From a virus (taxonomy: Duplodnaviria; Caudoviricetes): DNA of 64,000 nt. A program made the translations under genes and the position numbers. The notes under the pieces are model-generated. The model was given only the letters and a program-made list of their open reading frames with translations. It ran no database searches and was not told the origin of the DNA. The stretch is taken from positions 13,102-77,101 of the IMG/VR virus record IMGVR_UViG_3300023070_000001. The stretch is one strand, 5' to 3'. This document shows, in pieces, positions 22,131 through 31,387 of this stretch (position 1 is the stretch's first letter; every line of letters starts with the position of its first letter).

Positions 22131-24543
22131 TGTCAGCAGCAAGATCATCAAGCGCCTGCTCAGAAACCTTGTAGTAGGTCTCAGCATCACCGAACAAGTT
22201 ACGAATAACAGATGCATACTTTTCAGGAGTTAATCCTGTAGTAATAGGAATTGCAGCTACACCTACAGGAGTCTTGACTTCGATAGTGTTAGTTCCCTCT
22301 ACCTTAGTCGCGTAATCAATGAAAGCCTTGAACTTATCCTTGGTAGGCATATTCTTCAGCTCTACAATGATGTGCTTAGACTGCTGCTCATCCTCAGATC
22401 CAAGTGTAGGTAAGTATGTATCCCTACTAGGTTCCTCTACTGCTACCTCTTCATTTTCAAGTGTAGGTAAGTATCTAGTCCCTAGGGTAGGACCATCCTT
22501 AACTCTTACTGTTCCATCTGAATCTAGCTCTAGTTCCTTTACTGATCCCCAACGCTTTCCAATATGCCAGTCAGCTACCATCTTAGGCCAACCAGGAACA
22601 TCAAAAATTACTGCTGGCTGTAGAGCATGGATTACCTCTACTGGATCAAGGCTGCGGTGAACATAGAATTCAAGAGCGTCGTGAACGTTCATGAACAGCC
22701 GAACTTTATCCTGCCAACCATTCTGCTGAATTACTTTACGGGCTCTAACCATTCCAATACGAACATAGTCACCTGTAGCACCACCTTGGACAGGATAGTT
22801 GAAGCAGGCACGCTCTCCACCCTCACGAATCCAGCGGCGAGAATCCTGTAATTCCCAAATAGGAATCTTACGGCCAAACTTAGTTACTACATAACCATGC
22901 TCATAGCCGTATTCGATCTGCTTATCTGTCCAACGCTTAAGCTTAGGAAATGCCGCGAAGTACTGGGCAAACAGATCCTCAGCCTCTTCAATAGAGCAGT
23001 TAAGCCTTTTTGCTAGGGCTGATGCAGTCATACCGAACAATAGACCGAAGCCCAGAGTCTTAGCTTTTGACCTAAGTTCCTTAGTGACTTTATCCATAGG
23101 AACTTTGAACATCATAGCAGCTACCTTAGTGTGGACATCCTCATCATTAGCGAATGCCTCAATAAGAGCTGTCTCATCTGCAAGTCCTGCGGCAGCACGA
23201 TACTCAGCCTGTGAAAGGTCGAATCCAAGGATGTAAAAATCCTCTGGTGCAATTACCGCATCCCTAAAGTTCAGCTTAAATTCAATTCCATTATTAAGCG
23301 TGTACCAATAGCTTAGGTACTTACCCTCTGGTGTCTTAATGTTAATTGATGGCTGATTCTGCTGGTTTGGATTAGCTGATGAGAATCGAGCAGTACGTAC
23401 ATAACTCTGGTTAAGTGATGGGTGTACCATTCCATCAGGAGCATATCCATAATCTTTTGCATACTTATCCAGGAATGACCCGGTAAGACGCTTAAGATTC
23501 TTATACTGAGAAATCTTCTTAACGACAGGATGCTTCTCAGCTAGCGCATCAAGAGCCATTTTACCTGTAGACATCTTCTTATCAGCCTTAGCCGCACCCT
23601 TAGTACTTGTGGTGTAGATGTTGACTACCAAACCTAGGCGGTCGTACAGGATCTCAGATAGCTGTTTAGGGCTTGCCAGATTTACGTTGAGCTTAGTTTC
23701 ACCCATACCCAGTAGGTGAGCTAGTTCAGTTTGAATCTCGTCGTTCAACAAAGCTGTGAAGTCTTTAGCCCTTGCTGATGCCTCCTGCATAAAGAACCAG
23801 TCATAGCGGATACCACAATCCTCCATATCACAAATGACATAACAGATTTCCATATCCACTTTATACATAAGCTGATCTTTAACTTTAGGGTAAGCATCTA
23901 GATGAAGACCTAAACACCAGAGTGCATCCTCACAAGCATACTTAATAACCTTATTTGTCAGGTCAAGTACATTGAATCGAAATGCCTTCTTGTTCTTCTC
24001 AGTTAGCTTATCGAATAGCTCTTCGAACTTGATCATCTGGTGCTGGAATTTATTAAGTACCAGATCCTTCAGACCAAACTCTTGGAATTCTCTGAGAATA
24101 TATGCCTCTACCTGGGTACAAGAACGAACAGGAAAATATCCTTTAGCCTCTGTAACTTCTTTACTATATAGAGGGTGATCAGATAGCATCTCTCGAAAGA
24201 ACCTAGCCATACGCCTAAGTTCGAACCCTACATTATGTGCTACTAATAGTTTTGTCTTGAATGCTGACCATAGAATCTCAGCTACTCGTAAATGATCTGT
24301 AATATTTTCTGCAAAATCATGAGCAAGAGGTACATACCTAGCCCAGTTAAGAGAATTAGTAAAGCTAAAACCTACAAGTAAATTTGTCTCTAGCTTAAGC
24401 GAACCTCGATCATCATCAGGGCCATGATACCCAGTTTCAATATCGAAACCAAATGGCTTACCCTCTGCGACAATCTTATCGAAAAATTCCTTTAGCTCTT
24501 CGGTGGAACGTACTACATCATAATTCTTATTAACTGTAGACAT
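22120..24543 (-). CDS. polA: Family A DNA polymerase (3'-5' exonuclease + polymerase) with C-terminal extension
   Basis: GFDIETG, YACEDA, FSSANPNQQN, GFDLSQAEYR (motif A), RSKAKTLGFGLLFG (B), NVHDAL (C). Confidence 0.95.
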   Translation of the reverse strand: MSTVNKNYDVVRSTEELKEFFDKIVAEGKPFGFDIETGYHGPDDDRGSLKLETNLLVGFSFTNSLNWARYVPLAHDFAENITDHLRVAEILWSAFKTKLLVAHNVGFELRRMARFFREMLSDHPLYSKEVTEAKGYFPVRSCTQVEAYILREFQEFGLKDLVLNKFQHQMIKFEELFDKLTEKNKKAFRFNVLDLTNKVIKYACEDALWCLGLHLDAYPKVKDQLMYKVDMEICYVICDMEDCGIRYDWFFMQEASARAKDFTALLNDEIQTELAHLLGMGETKLNVNLASPKQLSEILYDRLGLVVNIYTTSTKGAAKADKKMSTGKMALDALAEKHPVVKKISQYKNLKRLTGSFLDKYAKDYGYAPDGMVHPSLNQSYVRTARFSSANPNQQNQPSINIKTPEGKYLSYWYTLNNGIEFKLNFRDAVIAPEDFYILGFDLSQAEYRAAAGLADETALIEAFANDEDVHTKVAAMMFKVPMDKVTKELRSKAKTLGFGLLFGMTASALAKRLNCSIEEAEDLFAQYFAAFPKLKRWTDKQIEYGYEHGYVVTKFGRKIPIWELQDSRRWIREGGERACFNYPVQGGATGDYVRIGMVRARKVIQQNGWQDKVRLFMNVHDALEFYVHRSLDPVEVIHALQPAVIFDVPGWPKMVADWHIGKRWGSVKELELDSDGTVRVKDGPTLGTRYLPTLENEEVAVEEPSRDTYLPTLGSEDEQQSKHIIVELKNMPTKDKFKAFIDYATKVEGTNTIEVKTPVGVAAIPITTGLTPEKYASVIRNLFGDAETYYKVSEQALDDLAADIAF
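22393..22476. repeat. Two copies of CAAGTGTAGGTAAGTAT inside the polymerase linker
   Basis: 22401-22417 and 22458-22474; third copy at 37620-37636. Confidence 0.85.
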
Positions 24544-24582
24544 CTGCTCTCCTGATCTGTGGTTTGCTTAAAGGATAACCAC

Positions 24583-25005
24583 TTAATTCCCATATAATAA
24601 TTCATCCTCCTTGGACTTAGTATTATGACAAGTAGAGCATAATATCTGTAAGTTATCAGGATGATGTTTGCAACTAAACCTTGACTTATCGCCCCTACGT
24701 GGGATGATGTGATCGCAGGTTATCTCGTCGCCTCGTAACCTTACCACTACTTCACAGCGTCCACAACTAGCGCAGCAGCTATGACGCTGCCCATTCTCAG
24801 GTCTGTGGCACATACACTTACGTCTTGATCGCTTCAGGGCTAATTGTCGCGCCAAAAAATAACGGTGGTGCAATCGCCATGTATTAAGACATGTGCCACT
24901 ACACCACCGCTTTTGTACTGCATCTAATTTAGAACTACACCAGCGGCATTCATCATCTATTCCTGACCACTGAGATAGACTACAATTTAATGGATTCACT
25001 GTCAT
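24583..25005 (-). CDS. HNH endonuclease with N-terminal Zn finger
   Basis: CRWC...WCSGTC; CDHIIP...NLQILCSTCHNTK. Confidence 0.85.
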   Translation of the reverse strand: MTVNPLNCSLSQWSGIDDECRWCSSKLDAVQKRWCSGTCLNTWRLHHRYFLARQLALKRSRRKCMCHRPENGQRHSCCASCGRCEVVVRLRGDEITCDHIIPRRGDKSRFSCKHHPDNLQILCSTCHNTKSKEDELLYGN

Positions 25006-25014
25006 AGGCTAAAC

Positions 25015-25440
25015 CTACAGACAGGCAAATAGCAGTGCTGAAATCCACAAACAAAAGTAGTGCAAACTCTGGTCAGCTAAGTACATACCGCAGATAGGTG
25101 TTTGTATTTCCGCAAAGTTAGATGCCCCTACATGATTCAAGAACCACTTAACAGGCCAACGCCTATCTAGGAATGCATGACTAACCCCTGAGAATAGCAA
25201 TGATGAAAATACTCCAAGTAGTGTTACAGGTACATTAAGAAATACACATGTAACAAGAAGCATAATGAACATTACTATATGATATACAAACACATGCTGT
25301 AAAATATGAGACCAGCCAGTACGACCTGGCTTTGCTTTGTTACTTGCCATCTTATCAGTCTGAAATAAATGATCAGCTACCTGATGGGCAACAATAGCAG
25401 TCCCCAAGAATACAGCAAAAAGAATTGCTGAGGTAAGCAT
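25015..25440 (-). CDS. DUF3307 membrane protein
   Basis: HQVADHLFQT, HAFLDRR, DQSLH; TAATG-coupled start. Confidence 0.88.
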   Translation of the reverse strand: MLTSAILFAVFLGTAIVAHQVADHLFQTDKMASNKAKPGRTGWSHILQHVFVYHIVMFIMLLVTCVFLNVPVTLLGVFSSLLFSGVSHAFLDRRWPVKWFLNHVGASNFAEIQTPICGMYLADQSLHYFCLWISALLFACL

Positions 25441-25607
25441 TAGAACCCTGCCGAAGCTTCCTTGCCTAGTCGCATCCACTTCTGGTGGACTTCCTTGGCC
25501 TCAGCGGGTGTTAGTTCACCCTTAGCGCCAAAATGATAACGACCAGACCAATCCTGGAAAATCTCATCGTAGCTCATTTCCCAAGTTGGCTTCTTGTTCT
25601 CGCTCAA
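25440..25607 (-). CDS. 55-aa hypothetical protein (MSENKKPTWE...)
   Basis: Hand-translated; AAGGAG RBS. Confidence 0.65.
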   Translation of the reverse strand: MSENKKPTWEMSYDEIFQDWSGRYHFGAKGELTPAEAKEVHQKWMRLGKEASAGF

Positions 25608-25636
25608 GTTATTTCTCCTTTTTACATATTACAAAG

Positions 25637-25719
25637 TACCAAGGAAGGGAATCGAACCCTCACGCCCTTTCGGACACTCGATTTTGAGTCGAGCGCGGCT
25701 GCCGTTACGCCACCCTGGC
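25637..25719 (-). tRNA. tRNA-Leu(CAA), long variable arm
   Basis: CTCGA-CT-CAA-AA-TCGAG; GTCC-GAAA-GGGC arm. Confidence 0.96.
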
Positions 25720-25836
25720 ATGTGTTCCTTACCTACATGCTTAGTTACCTTATAACTAAGTCTTACAGTCCACCTATGCTGTAGAGTCTATAGCCTCAGA
25801 ACAGCCCACCCTCAGGAACAACTCCATCTTACCACA

Positions 25837-26229
25837 TCAATCGGTCAGGCGTCCAGGGTTGACTTTCTCAACACTGTAGGAACCCAACTCATTGGTGTAG
25901 ACGATTTCTTTAATGCCTGCTGAGATAATAGCCCACATACACCAAGTACAAGGTCGAGACATTTGAGTATCACCCCTACTATCAACTCTAGCAATATAGA
26001 TCGTGCAACCCCTCAAGTCATCCCTAACCTTCAGAAGTTCTCGAAGAGTTGCACGCTCAGCATGATCACTAACATTATGCTCATCAATTGCAGGAGCATT
26101 ACGAAATTTGTTAGGCGCAGACCCTAGTACTTTATTACCCTTAGCTACTACTGCTCCATGCCTCCATCGATAAGTACTCTGCTCAGCAACCCGAACAGCT
26201 CGTCGGATCAGGTTATCATGTCGCTTCAT
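25837..26229 (-). CDS. Zinc-dependent CMP/dCMP/tRNA deaminase-fold protein (leaderless)
   Basis: HAE and PCxxC motifs. Confidence 0.88.
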   Translation of the reverse strand: MKRHDNLIRRAVRVAEQSTYRWRHGAVVAKGNKVLGSAPNKFRNAPAIDEHNVSDHAERATLRELLKVRDDLRGCTIYIARVDSRGDTQMSRPCTWCMWAIISAGIKEIVYTNELGSYSVEKVNPGRLTD

Positions 26230-26235
26230 ACCCAG

Positions 26236-26264
26236 AGCCTAGCACTCTAGTAAGCTCTTGTCAA
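26236..26264 (-). promoter_or_regulatory. SigA-type promoter (leaderless)
   Basis: TTGACA-N17-TAGGCT-N6-ATG. Confidence 0.85.
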
Positions 26265-26555
26265 CTCAGCATAGTTGCAGTAAGTAAGGAAGTTAGCGCC
26301 TATATTCTCAATGTAACTCATTGCTACAACAGAATCGTACCAGGCATTGTGCACAAATGCAATGTGCTTAGCTTCATATGCTGTCATAAAAGACCCCAGT
26401 TCGAACTTACCGGCATAGGGATTTAGTTCTGATACAGGCTCGGGGACATTACTGATAGCCCATCCACCAATAGTATCATCTATGACAGCATACCACCTAC
26501 AATAAATAATTTCTTCTTGCGTGAGTGGATTTTGTTGAAAATTGCGCTTTACCAT
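26247..26555 (-). CDS. Hypothetical protein
   Basis: Start moved to the ATG overlapping the upstream stop. Confidence 0.6.
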   Translation of the reverse strand: MVKRNFQQNPLTQEEIIYCRWYAVIDDTIGGWAISNVPEPVSELNPYAGKFELGSFMTAYEAKHIAFVHNAWYDSVVAMSYIENIGANFLTYCNYAELTRAY

Positions 26556-27505
26556 AATGTTATTAACGTCTCCCATAATCCTACTTTGACACCATTGTTG
26601 AGGCTTGAGTCTATCATGGCAAGCACCTGCCTGCAATACTTGATTTTTGCATCTGTGTACTCTTTTGTTACAGGTAGAAACCTTTTCACTAGGAAAATCT
26701 TAATTCCTGTTGTCGCAGCAATATCAGTAGCGTACATACGTTTACGTACACAACGTGAGATTTCCATCATAGTATCAAGCCTATAATCTAAATGAGAGAT
26801 AATTTTAGCCTTATCCTCATGAGACATAGTAGACAGCGCAATATAGGCAGTTCTCTTATCACGTAGCATCAAGTAATCAGCGAAGGAGTCAAGTGCTTGC
26901 TCTTCGCATAAAAGGTCTAATGCCTTAACGCTAGGTGAGCCATTCCAGATATGAACCTTGCGGAGAACATCAAGCATCATATTAGTATCACCTGATGTAC
27001 GCTCTACTAAGTACTTAGATGCTTGCTCAGTAAGCCCATAACTACGGCCCCACTTGACAAGATCCTCATCATTAGGTTGAGAGCATTTGACAAACTTACC
27101 TTTAGCTCTAATAATTTCAATATGCTCAGTATACCCTACTCTCTTCCCTTTAGCATAAACACTAGGGGCATCAGTATTGTAGGATACAAATAGAATGTAG
27201 TTGGTTTTGTTATTCCTGGTTTGTGCTAGCCAGGGGTCTAGTTCATACCAGTTATCGATAGCTTCAGCATTGCGAACTACTATAAGCCTATTACTACTAG
27301 GATCTAGAGGGTACTGGCTAGCACGATCCCAAACGGATGAATCTTGCTTAGCATCAATATCAATAAAATCAGTTACAGGTACTTGCAGTAGATTCTTAAC
27401 ATCTTCAACTACTAATTCAACGAGAGCTGATTGATCCCCACAGCAGTAGATAATTTTAGGTAGAGATCCTTTATCTACAAAACCCTTCCACTGATTAAAA
27501 TTCAT
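26549..27505 (-). CDS. DNA polymerase III delta (HolA)-like subunit
   Basis: LPKIIYCCGDQSAL, NRLIVVRNAE, YLVERTSGDT pattern typical of delta. Confidence 0.7.
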   Translation of the reverse strand: MNFNQWKGFVDKGSLPKIIYCCGDQSALVELVVEDVKNLLQVPVTDFIDIDAKQDSSVWDRASQYPLDPSSNRLIVVRNAEAIDNWYELDPWLAQTRNNKTNYILFVSYNTDAPSVYAKGKRVGYTEHIEIIRAKGKFVKCSQPNDEDLVKWGRSYGLTEQASKYLVERTSGDTNMMLDVLRKVHIWNGSPSVKALDLLCEEQALDSFADYLMLRDKRTAYIALSTMSHEDKAKIISHLDYRLDTMMEISRCVRKRMYATDIAATTGIKIFLVKRFLPVTKEYTDAKIKYCRQVLAMIDSSLNNGVKVGLWETLITLW

Positions 27506-27508
27506 GAG

Positions 27509-27838
27509 CTACTTCCCTGGTGTGATCAGTTTACTTCGAGCGGCAGCTACACCTTGAGTAAGCTGCATCTGACGAATCTCTTTTAGTAGATCCTCAATAA
27601 AGTTCTTCTTACGAGTTTCAAGGTTATGCTGGAAAATCAACTTTGCTTCACGGGAGGCTAGTACAGTCTCAACAAGAGCCTCCACCTTAAGAAGAGCTAA
27701 GATTTCAGGCCCCAGCGGAATACCCTGATTAGCTAGATTCTCGATTCTAGCAACATTACTTTGGCTTAGCTGGTCTATTGTTTTTTGAGCTTCATCTAAA
27801 TCTGCTAAGAATTTAGCAGTGTTTTCCTTATCTGACAT
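27509..27838 (-). CDS. Hypothetical coiled-coil protein
   Basis: ORF track. Confidence 0.6.
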   Translation of the reverse strand: MSDKENTAKFLADLDEAQKTIDQLSQSNVARIENLANQGIPLGPEILALLKVEALVETVLASREAKLIFQHNLETRKKNFIEDLLKEIRQMQLTQGVAAARSKLITPGK

Positions 27839-27841
27839 ACA

Positions 27842-28627
27842 TCAGCCTCTCATAATTGATTCTAGTGCTGCTCTGACTGCCAGCTTAGGGCGTGCAGCAG
27901 AGACATTACTCCATGATGATAGCACAGCTAGCGCTACTCTGCGATCAGCAAAAGCTCCTAGATACTCAGGATTGAATAGCTTCCATTTCTGGGATGCTGA
28001 CTCTTCCATGATATTAAGAATTACTCTCGCTGTGTTATCATCTACTGCTTTATATGCTTGTGCAAATAGAATATAATCATTGCTTATTGCTGCCTGTAGA
28101 ACTGTTAAAGCTGTTGTCCTCGATGCGATACCAGAACACGCCTCAATAGCGAGATCCACTCTACCAAGCTTACTAACTTTAGATGCATCTTTTTCATCGA
28201 TTCCCTTACTTACTAGAATCTCTAGTAACTCATCTTGAGATAATAGACCTACAGTAAATTTAGCTGCGCGCGTACGTAATGTTCTAGGTACACGACTAGA
28301 AGAGATCAATGAGAATCTAGCATAGCTAGGAGGATTCTCTAATGCTACCAGTAGATCATTTATCGCTGGAATACTAGCATTATCCAAATCTATCAATGCA
28401 AACTTCAATTGTTGCATAGGGCTGACAGACATGAAACTTTTGATTCTACTAGCTTCGCTAACTGTAAGCTTAGGCACCTCCGTGAAATCTACGCGAGAAA
28501 TATTATTAGTCATCGCAGCATGAGCTGCGATAAGTCTTTTGCCCACAGATGGTGGACCTGTAATGATAGAAACCGGGGGCAACTGAGAACTTAATGCCCC
28601 AATTACCCCCTGGTGACCTACTAACAT
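27842..28627 (-). CDS. Clamp-loader delta' (HolB)-like AAA+ protein
   Basis: LVGHQ, IITGPPSVGK, LLVALENPP..ARFSL, TLRTR. Confidence 0.75.
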   Translation of the reverse strand: MLVGHQGVIGALSSQLPPVSIITGPPSVGKRLIAAHAAMTNNISRVDFTEVPKLTVSEASRIKSFMSVSPMQQLKFALIDLDNASIPAINDLLVALENPPSYARFSLISSSRVPRTLRTRAAKFTVGLLSQDELLEILVSKGIDEKDASKVSKLGRVDLAIEACSGIASRTTALTVLQAAISNDYILFAQAYKAVDDNTARVILNIMEESASQKWKLFNPEYLGAFADRRVALAVLSSWSNVSAARPKLAVRAALESIMRG

Positions 28628-28630
28628 GTA

Positions 28631-29011
28631 TTAAGCCTTCTGATCTGCGTTAGGATTATCGTATGTTGGTCCTGCTTGAGTTATCTGCTGAGCATCATCT
28701 GGAATATCTCTTGATGCCCACTGTTCTGCCTGCTCAAGCGGTTGTGCCTTACGCGGCCTTCCACGCTTCCTGGTCGCAGGCTTCTCAACCGCACCACTAT
28801 CAGCTAGTTTATTAAGGAGTGACTTGCCTACTACAATGTGCATACTACCATCTGTAGAGACTAGACGCCAACCACTCTTAACTTTATATCCTAATGGAGT
28901 CTCCTGAGGCTCTTCATTCTTGAATTCAGATTCAACAGTAAATTGCTTACCATCGAAAAGCTCTTTCATTCGAGCCTCACGAGTTTCATGCCACTTGCTT
29001 GACTGTGCCAT
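28631..29011 (-). CDS. Hypothetical protein with AT-hook-like RKRGRPRK
   Basis: ORF track; motif seen. Confidence 0.6.
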   Translation of the reverse strand: MAQSSKWHETREARMKELFDGKQFTVESEFKNEEPQETPLGYKVKSGWRLVSTDGSMHIVVGKSLLNKLADSGAVEKPATRKRGRPRKAQPLEQAEQWASRDIPDDAQQITQAGPTYDNPNADQKA

Positions 29012-29025
29012 AACCTTACCTCATC

Positions 29026-29232
29026 TCAATCAGGGCTTGTATTTAGCCACTTATTAAGAATCGGTGGAATGTACCTTACTCGATCGATTACACGCAACTC
29101 TTCCAGATGATAAAAAGTAATGTGAGCTAACGTACGCCACTTTACTTCCTCAGAATCGTGAAGTGCTGCCTTGCGACAGAACAGTAAGTAAAGCTCAAAC
29201 TCCCTTGTAATAAGCTCATCCACAGTTAACAC
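29026..29232 (-). CDS. Hypothetical protein
   Basis: ORF track. Confidence 0.5.
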   Translation of the reverse strand: MLTVDELITREFELYLLFCRKAALHDSEEVKWRTLAHITFYHLEELRVIDRVRYIPPILNKWLNTSPD

Positions 29233-29239
29233 AAGTTTC

Positions 29240-30094
29240 TCATTCCCCTATAGTTAGGATCTCCCACACATCATTTGCGCGCCAATCAGTTCCGGATTGA
29301 TTGAAGTTAGGTACATCAGCACCAAGTCCTTCAACTAGTGTATATGCATTATCGTCACCACAGCGAATAGTATCTCTATAGCGTACATGCAAGTGTCCAT
29401 GCACAAACATCTTAGGCTGAAGAGTATTTACAGCCTTCTGCAATCTGCGCTGGTTAGGAATTGTTTCTGGAATAGTTAGAAGTTTAATCATTGGATTACT
29501 AGAGATAGGCTTATCGTGAGCTAGAATAACATCTACTCGCTCGTCCTTAACCTCATCTAGGATTCTATCCAAATCACTATCTGACATTTCTTCCTCTGGG
29601 AACCAAGAAGTTCCAGCAGTTTTCTGACGAGCCTCATCTAGGCAACGAGCCCAAGGATATCCACTCTTAGCGAACAATACCTTAGCATCCTGATGAGCTT
29701 TAATGTCCTCATCCTCTAGACGAATATCCTTATCTACAGAGTAGGCTCCACCGAGAACTAGAAATGATGTACCGTGGAAATCCCAGAAGGTTCCATTAGG
29801 TGCATACCATAGTCCTGGGCGAATAGAATAAAACCCCTGCATTGAGCTGTACTTTTGTGGAATCAAAGATACCTTATCATGATTACCCTGAATGAACACT
29901 AATTCAATTTTGGCATCCATCAGAGCTTGGCTGACAGCATTTAGATAAAGTGCTCCCCAAGGGGAGTGTTCCCAGTACCCGAAATCTCCTACCTGGTAAA
30001 TCCAGGAAGCACCTTGAGACTTAGCTTCTTTTATAGCCTGTAGAATAAACTTGGTGTTGCCGTGAGTATCACCAAGCAACATAATCTTAGACAT
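29240..30094 (-). CDS. Calcineurin-like metallophosphoesterase
   Basis: GDTHG, VGDFG, GNHD, LAHDKP, HGHLH. Confidence 0.92.
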   Translation of the reverse strand: MSKIMLLGDTHGNTKFILQAIKEAKSQGASWIYQVGDFGYWEHSPWGALYLNAVSQALMDAKIELVFIQGNHDKVSLIPQKYSSMQGFYSIRPGLWYAPNGTFWDFHGTSFLVLGGAYSVDKDIRLEDEDIKAHQDAKVLFAKSGYPWARCLDEARQKTAGTSWFPEEEMSDSDLDRILDEVKDERVDVILAHDKPISSNPMIKLLTIPETIPNQRRLQKAVNTLQPKMFVHGHLHVRYRDTIRCGDDNAYTLVEGLGADVPNFNQSGTDWRANDVWEILTIGE

Positions 30095-30096
30095 AG

Positions 30097-30510
30097 TTAT
30101 TCTTTCTTTTCCATTGCAACTACCGTCTTGAGATAATTGCTAATTTCTTTATTGTCCCAGTCATTAGCGACGCACACAAGCATGTAAATGTAATAAGCAA
30201 TCTCTGCCTGTGTCTGCTCTTCTGTGTGTAATGCTAATGCACCGATCGTTCTACTATGCATAATCCAGTGCTTAGCACACATCTGAGCTGAGACGAACTC
30301 TGAGTCTACCACCTCAGCATTAAAGGCGTCAAGGTAACCCTCATCCATCCCAATCTGCTGTAATGCTAGTAGTAGGTGCTCAAGAGCAGGGCCACCAAAT
30401 GCTAAAGTAGTAATAGGCCCACAACAAGCTAACCTATCAGTATCCATAGTCATCTGAGCAAAGAAATCATATTCCTTCTGCCCTCGTGCTACTGTTTCAG
30501 TACATGGCAT
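30097..30510 (-). CDS. Hypothetical protein
   Basis: ORF track. Confidence 0.6.
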   Translation of the reverse strand: MPCTETVARGQKEYDFFAQMTMDTDRLACCGPITTLAFGGPALEHLLLALQQIGMDEGYLDAFNAEVVDSEFVSAQMCAKHWIMHSRTIGALALHTEEQTQAEIAYYIYMLVCVANDWDNKEISNYLKTVVAMEKKE

Positions 30511-31085
30511 TATAGGTCTCCTAAAGTTTTAGTCATTACCTGCTTACAGACGTTAAGCCACTTTGCAGCATCCTCATCTGATTTTACTGCATCAAGTAAG
30601 TCCAGGCATTGATTAAGTTTAGTACCTACCTTATCATCTAACTGAACTATATTCCAATCTGTCCTAACTCCTGAGCAGAACATCTTCAAGGCATCAGCCA
30701 GAGCTAATAAATCCGGCTCTACTTTTTCTGTAGCTACTGCATCAGCCCAGCGCTCTTCTAGGCTCTTAGGCTTAAAACCAGAGTCCTCTAAGAGCCTCAT
30801 AGCGGCTGCTGGCCAAGAGATGTCCCACGCAGCAGATGCCAGCGAGACAGGGCTATATCTTTTACTGCACGAGAAACACCACACTGTGTTATTCGTCAGG
30901 TATACACGCATAGCTTTGGCATACCCACCATCTGAATGATAAAATCCAAATGGGCAGTGGATCTTCTTATTTCCACCATTGAGAATAGTAGAAGGTACGA
31001 ATACTCCTATACTTTCTAGAACATCAGTTATCTTAATACTAGTATTGGCTTGGTCAATCCATGATGTTCTCTGACCTAGTTTCAT
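30510..31085 (-). CDS. Primase-type CHC2 zinc-finger protein without TOPRIM domain
   Basis: IHCPFGFYH...VWCFSC; only 191 aa. Confidence 0.75.
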   Translation of the reverse strand: MKLGQRTSWIDQANTSIKITDVLESIGVFVPSTILNGGNKKIHCPFGFYHSDGGYAKAMRVYLTNNTVWCFSCSKRYSPVSLASAAWDISWPAAAMRLLEDSGFKPKSLEERWADAVATEKVEPDLLALADALKMFCSGVRTDWNIVQLDDKVGTKLNQCLDLLDAVKSDEDAAKWLNVCKQVMTKTLGDL

Positions 31086-31291
31086 TAACTTACCTCTGCA
31101 CCTACTGGCCTACGAGTTAGAAGATCACGAGTATCTACTGATACGGTCCAGCCTGCTGCCTCAAGTGAGGTTGCTAGTTTGGCGTAATGGTGTCCACAGA
31201 AAATAAAATCTGAGTAGCCCTCTCTTACGACAACTACATACCCTTGGGCGTAGCAACTGTCACACCTATCAGAACTAGTTAGTGATTCCAT
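31085..31291 (-). CDS. Small Zn-binding protein (DRCDSC...FCGHH)
   Basis: Pattern common in actinobacterial small proteins. Confidence 0.7.
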   Translation of the reverse strand: MESLTSSDRCDSCYAQGYVVVVREGYSDFIFCGHHYAKLATSLEAAGWTVSVDTRDLLTRRPVGAEVS

Positions 31292-31346
31292 TATTTAAGC
31301 CCCTTTCAGTGGCGTGTACCTCATATTAAAATTATCGGATATGAAG

Positions 31347-31382
31347 CAAGGTCAGTCTAGTGTATCAGACTGACCTTGTCAA
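31347..31382 (-). promoter_or_regulatory. SigA-type promoter overlapped by a 12-bp inverted repeat
   Basis: TTGACA-N17-TAGACT; CAAGGTCAGTCT-N8-AGACTGACCTTG. Confidence 0.75.
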
Positions 31383-31387
31383 CGTAC

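Noticed and set aside
22380-22520. Intein or intron in the polymerase
   Set aside because: The insert is a short in-frame linker with no Cys/Ser start, His-Asn end or group I core.
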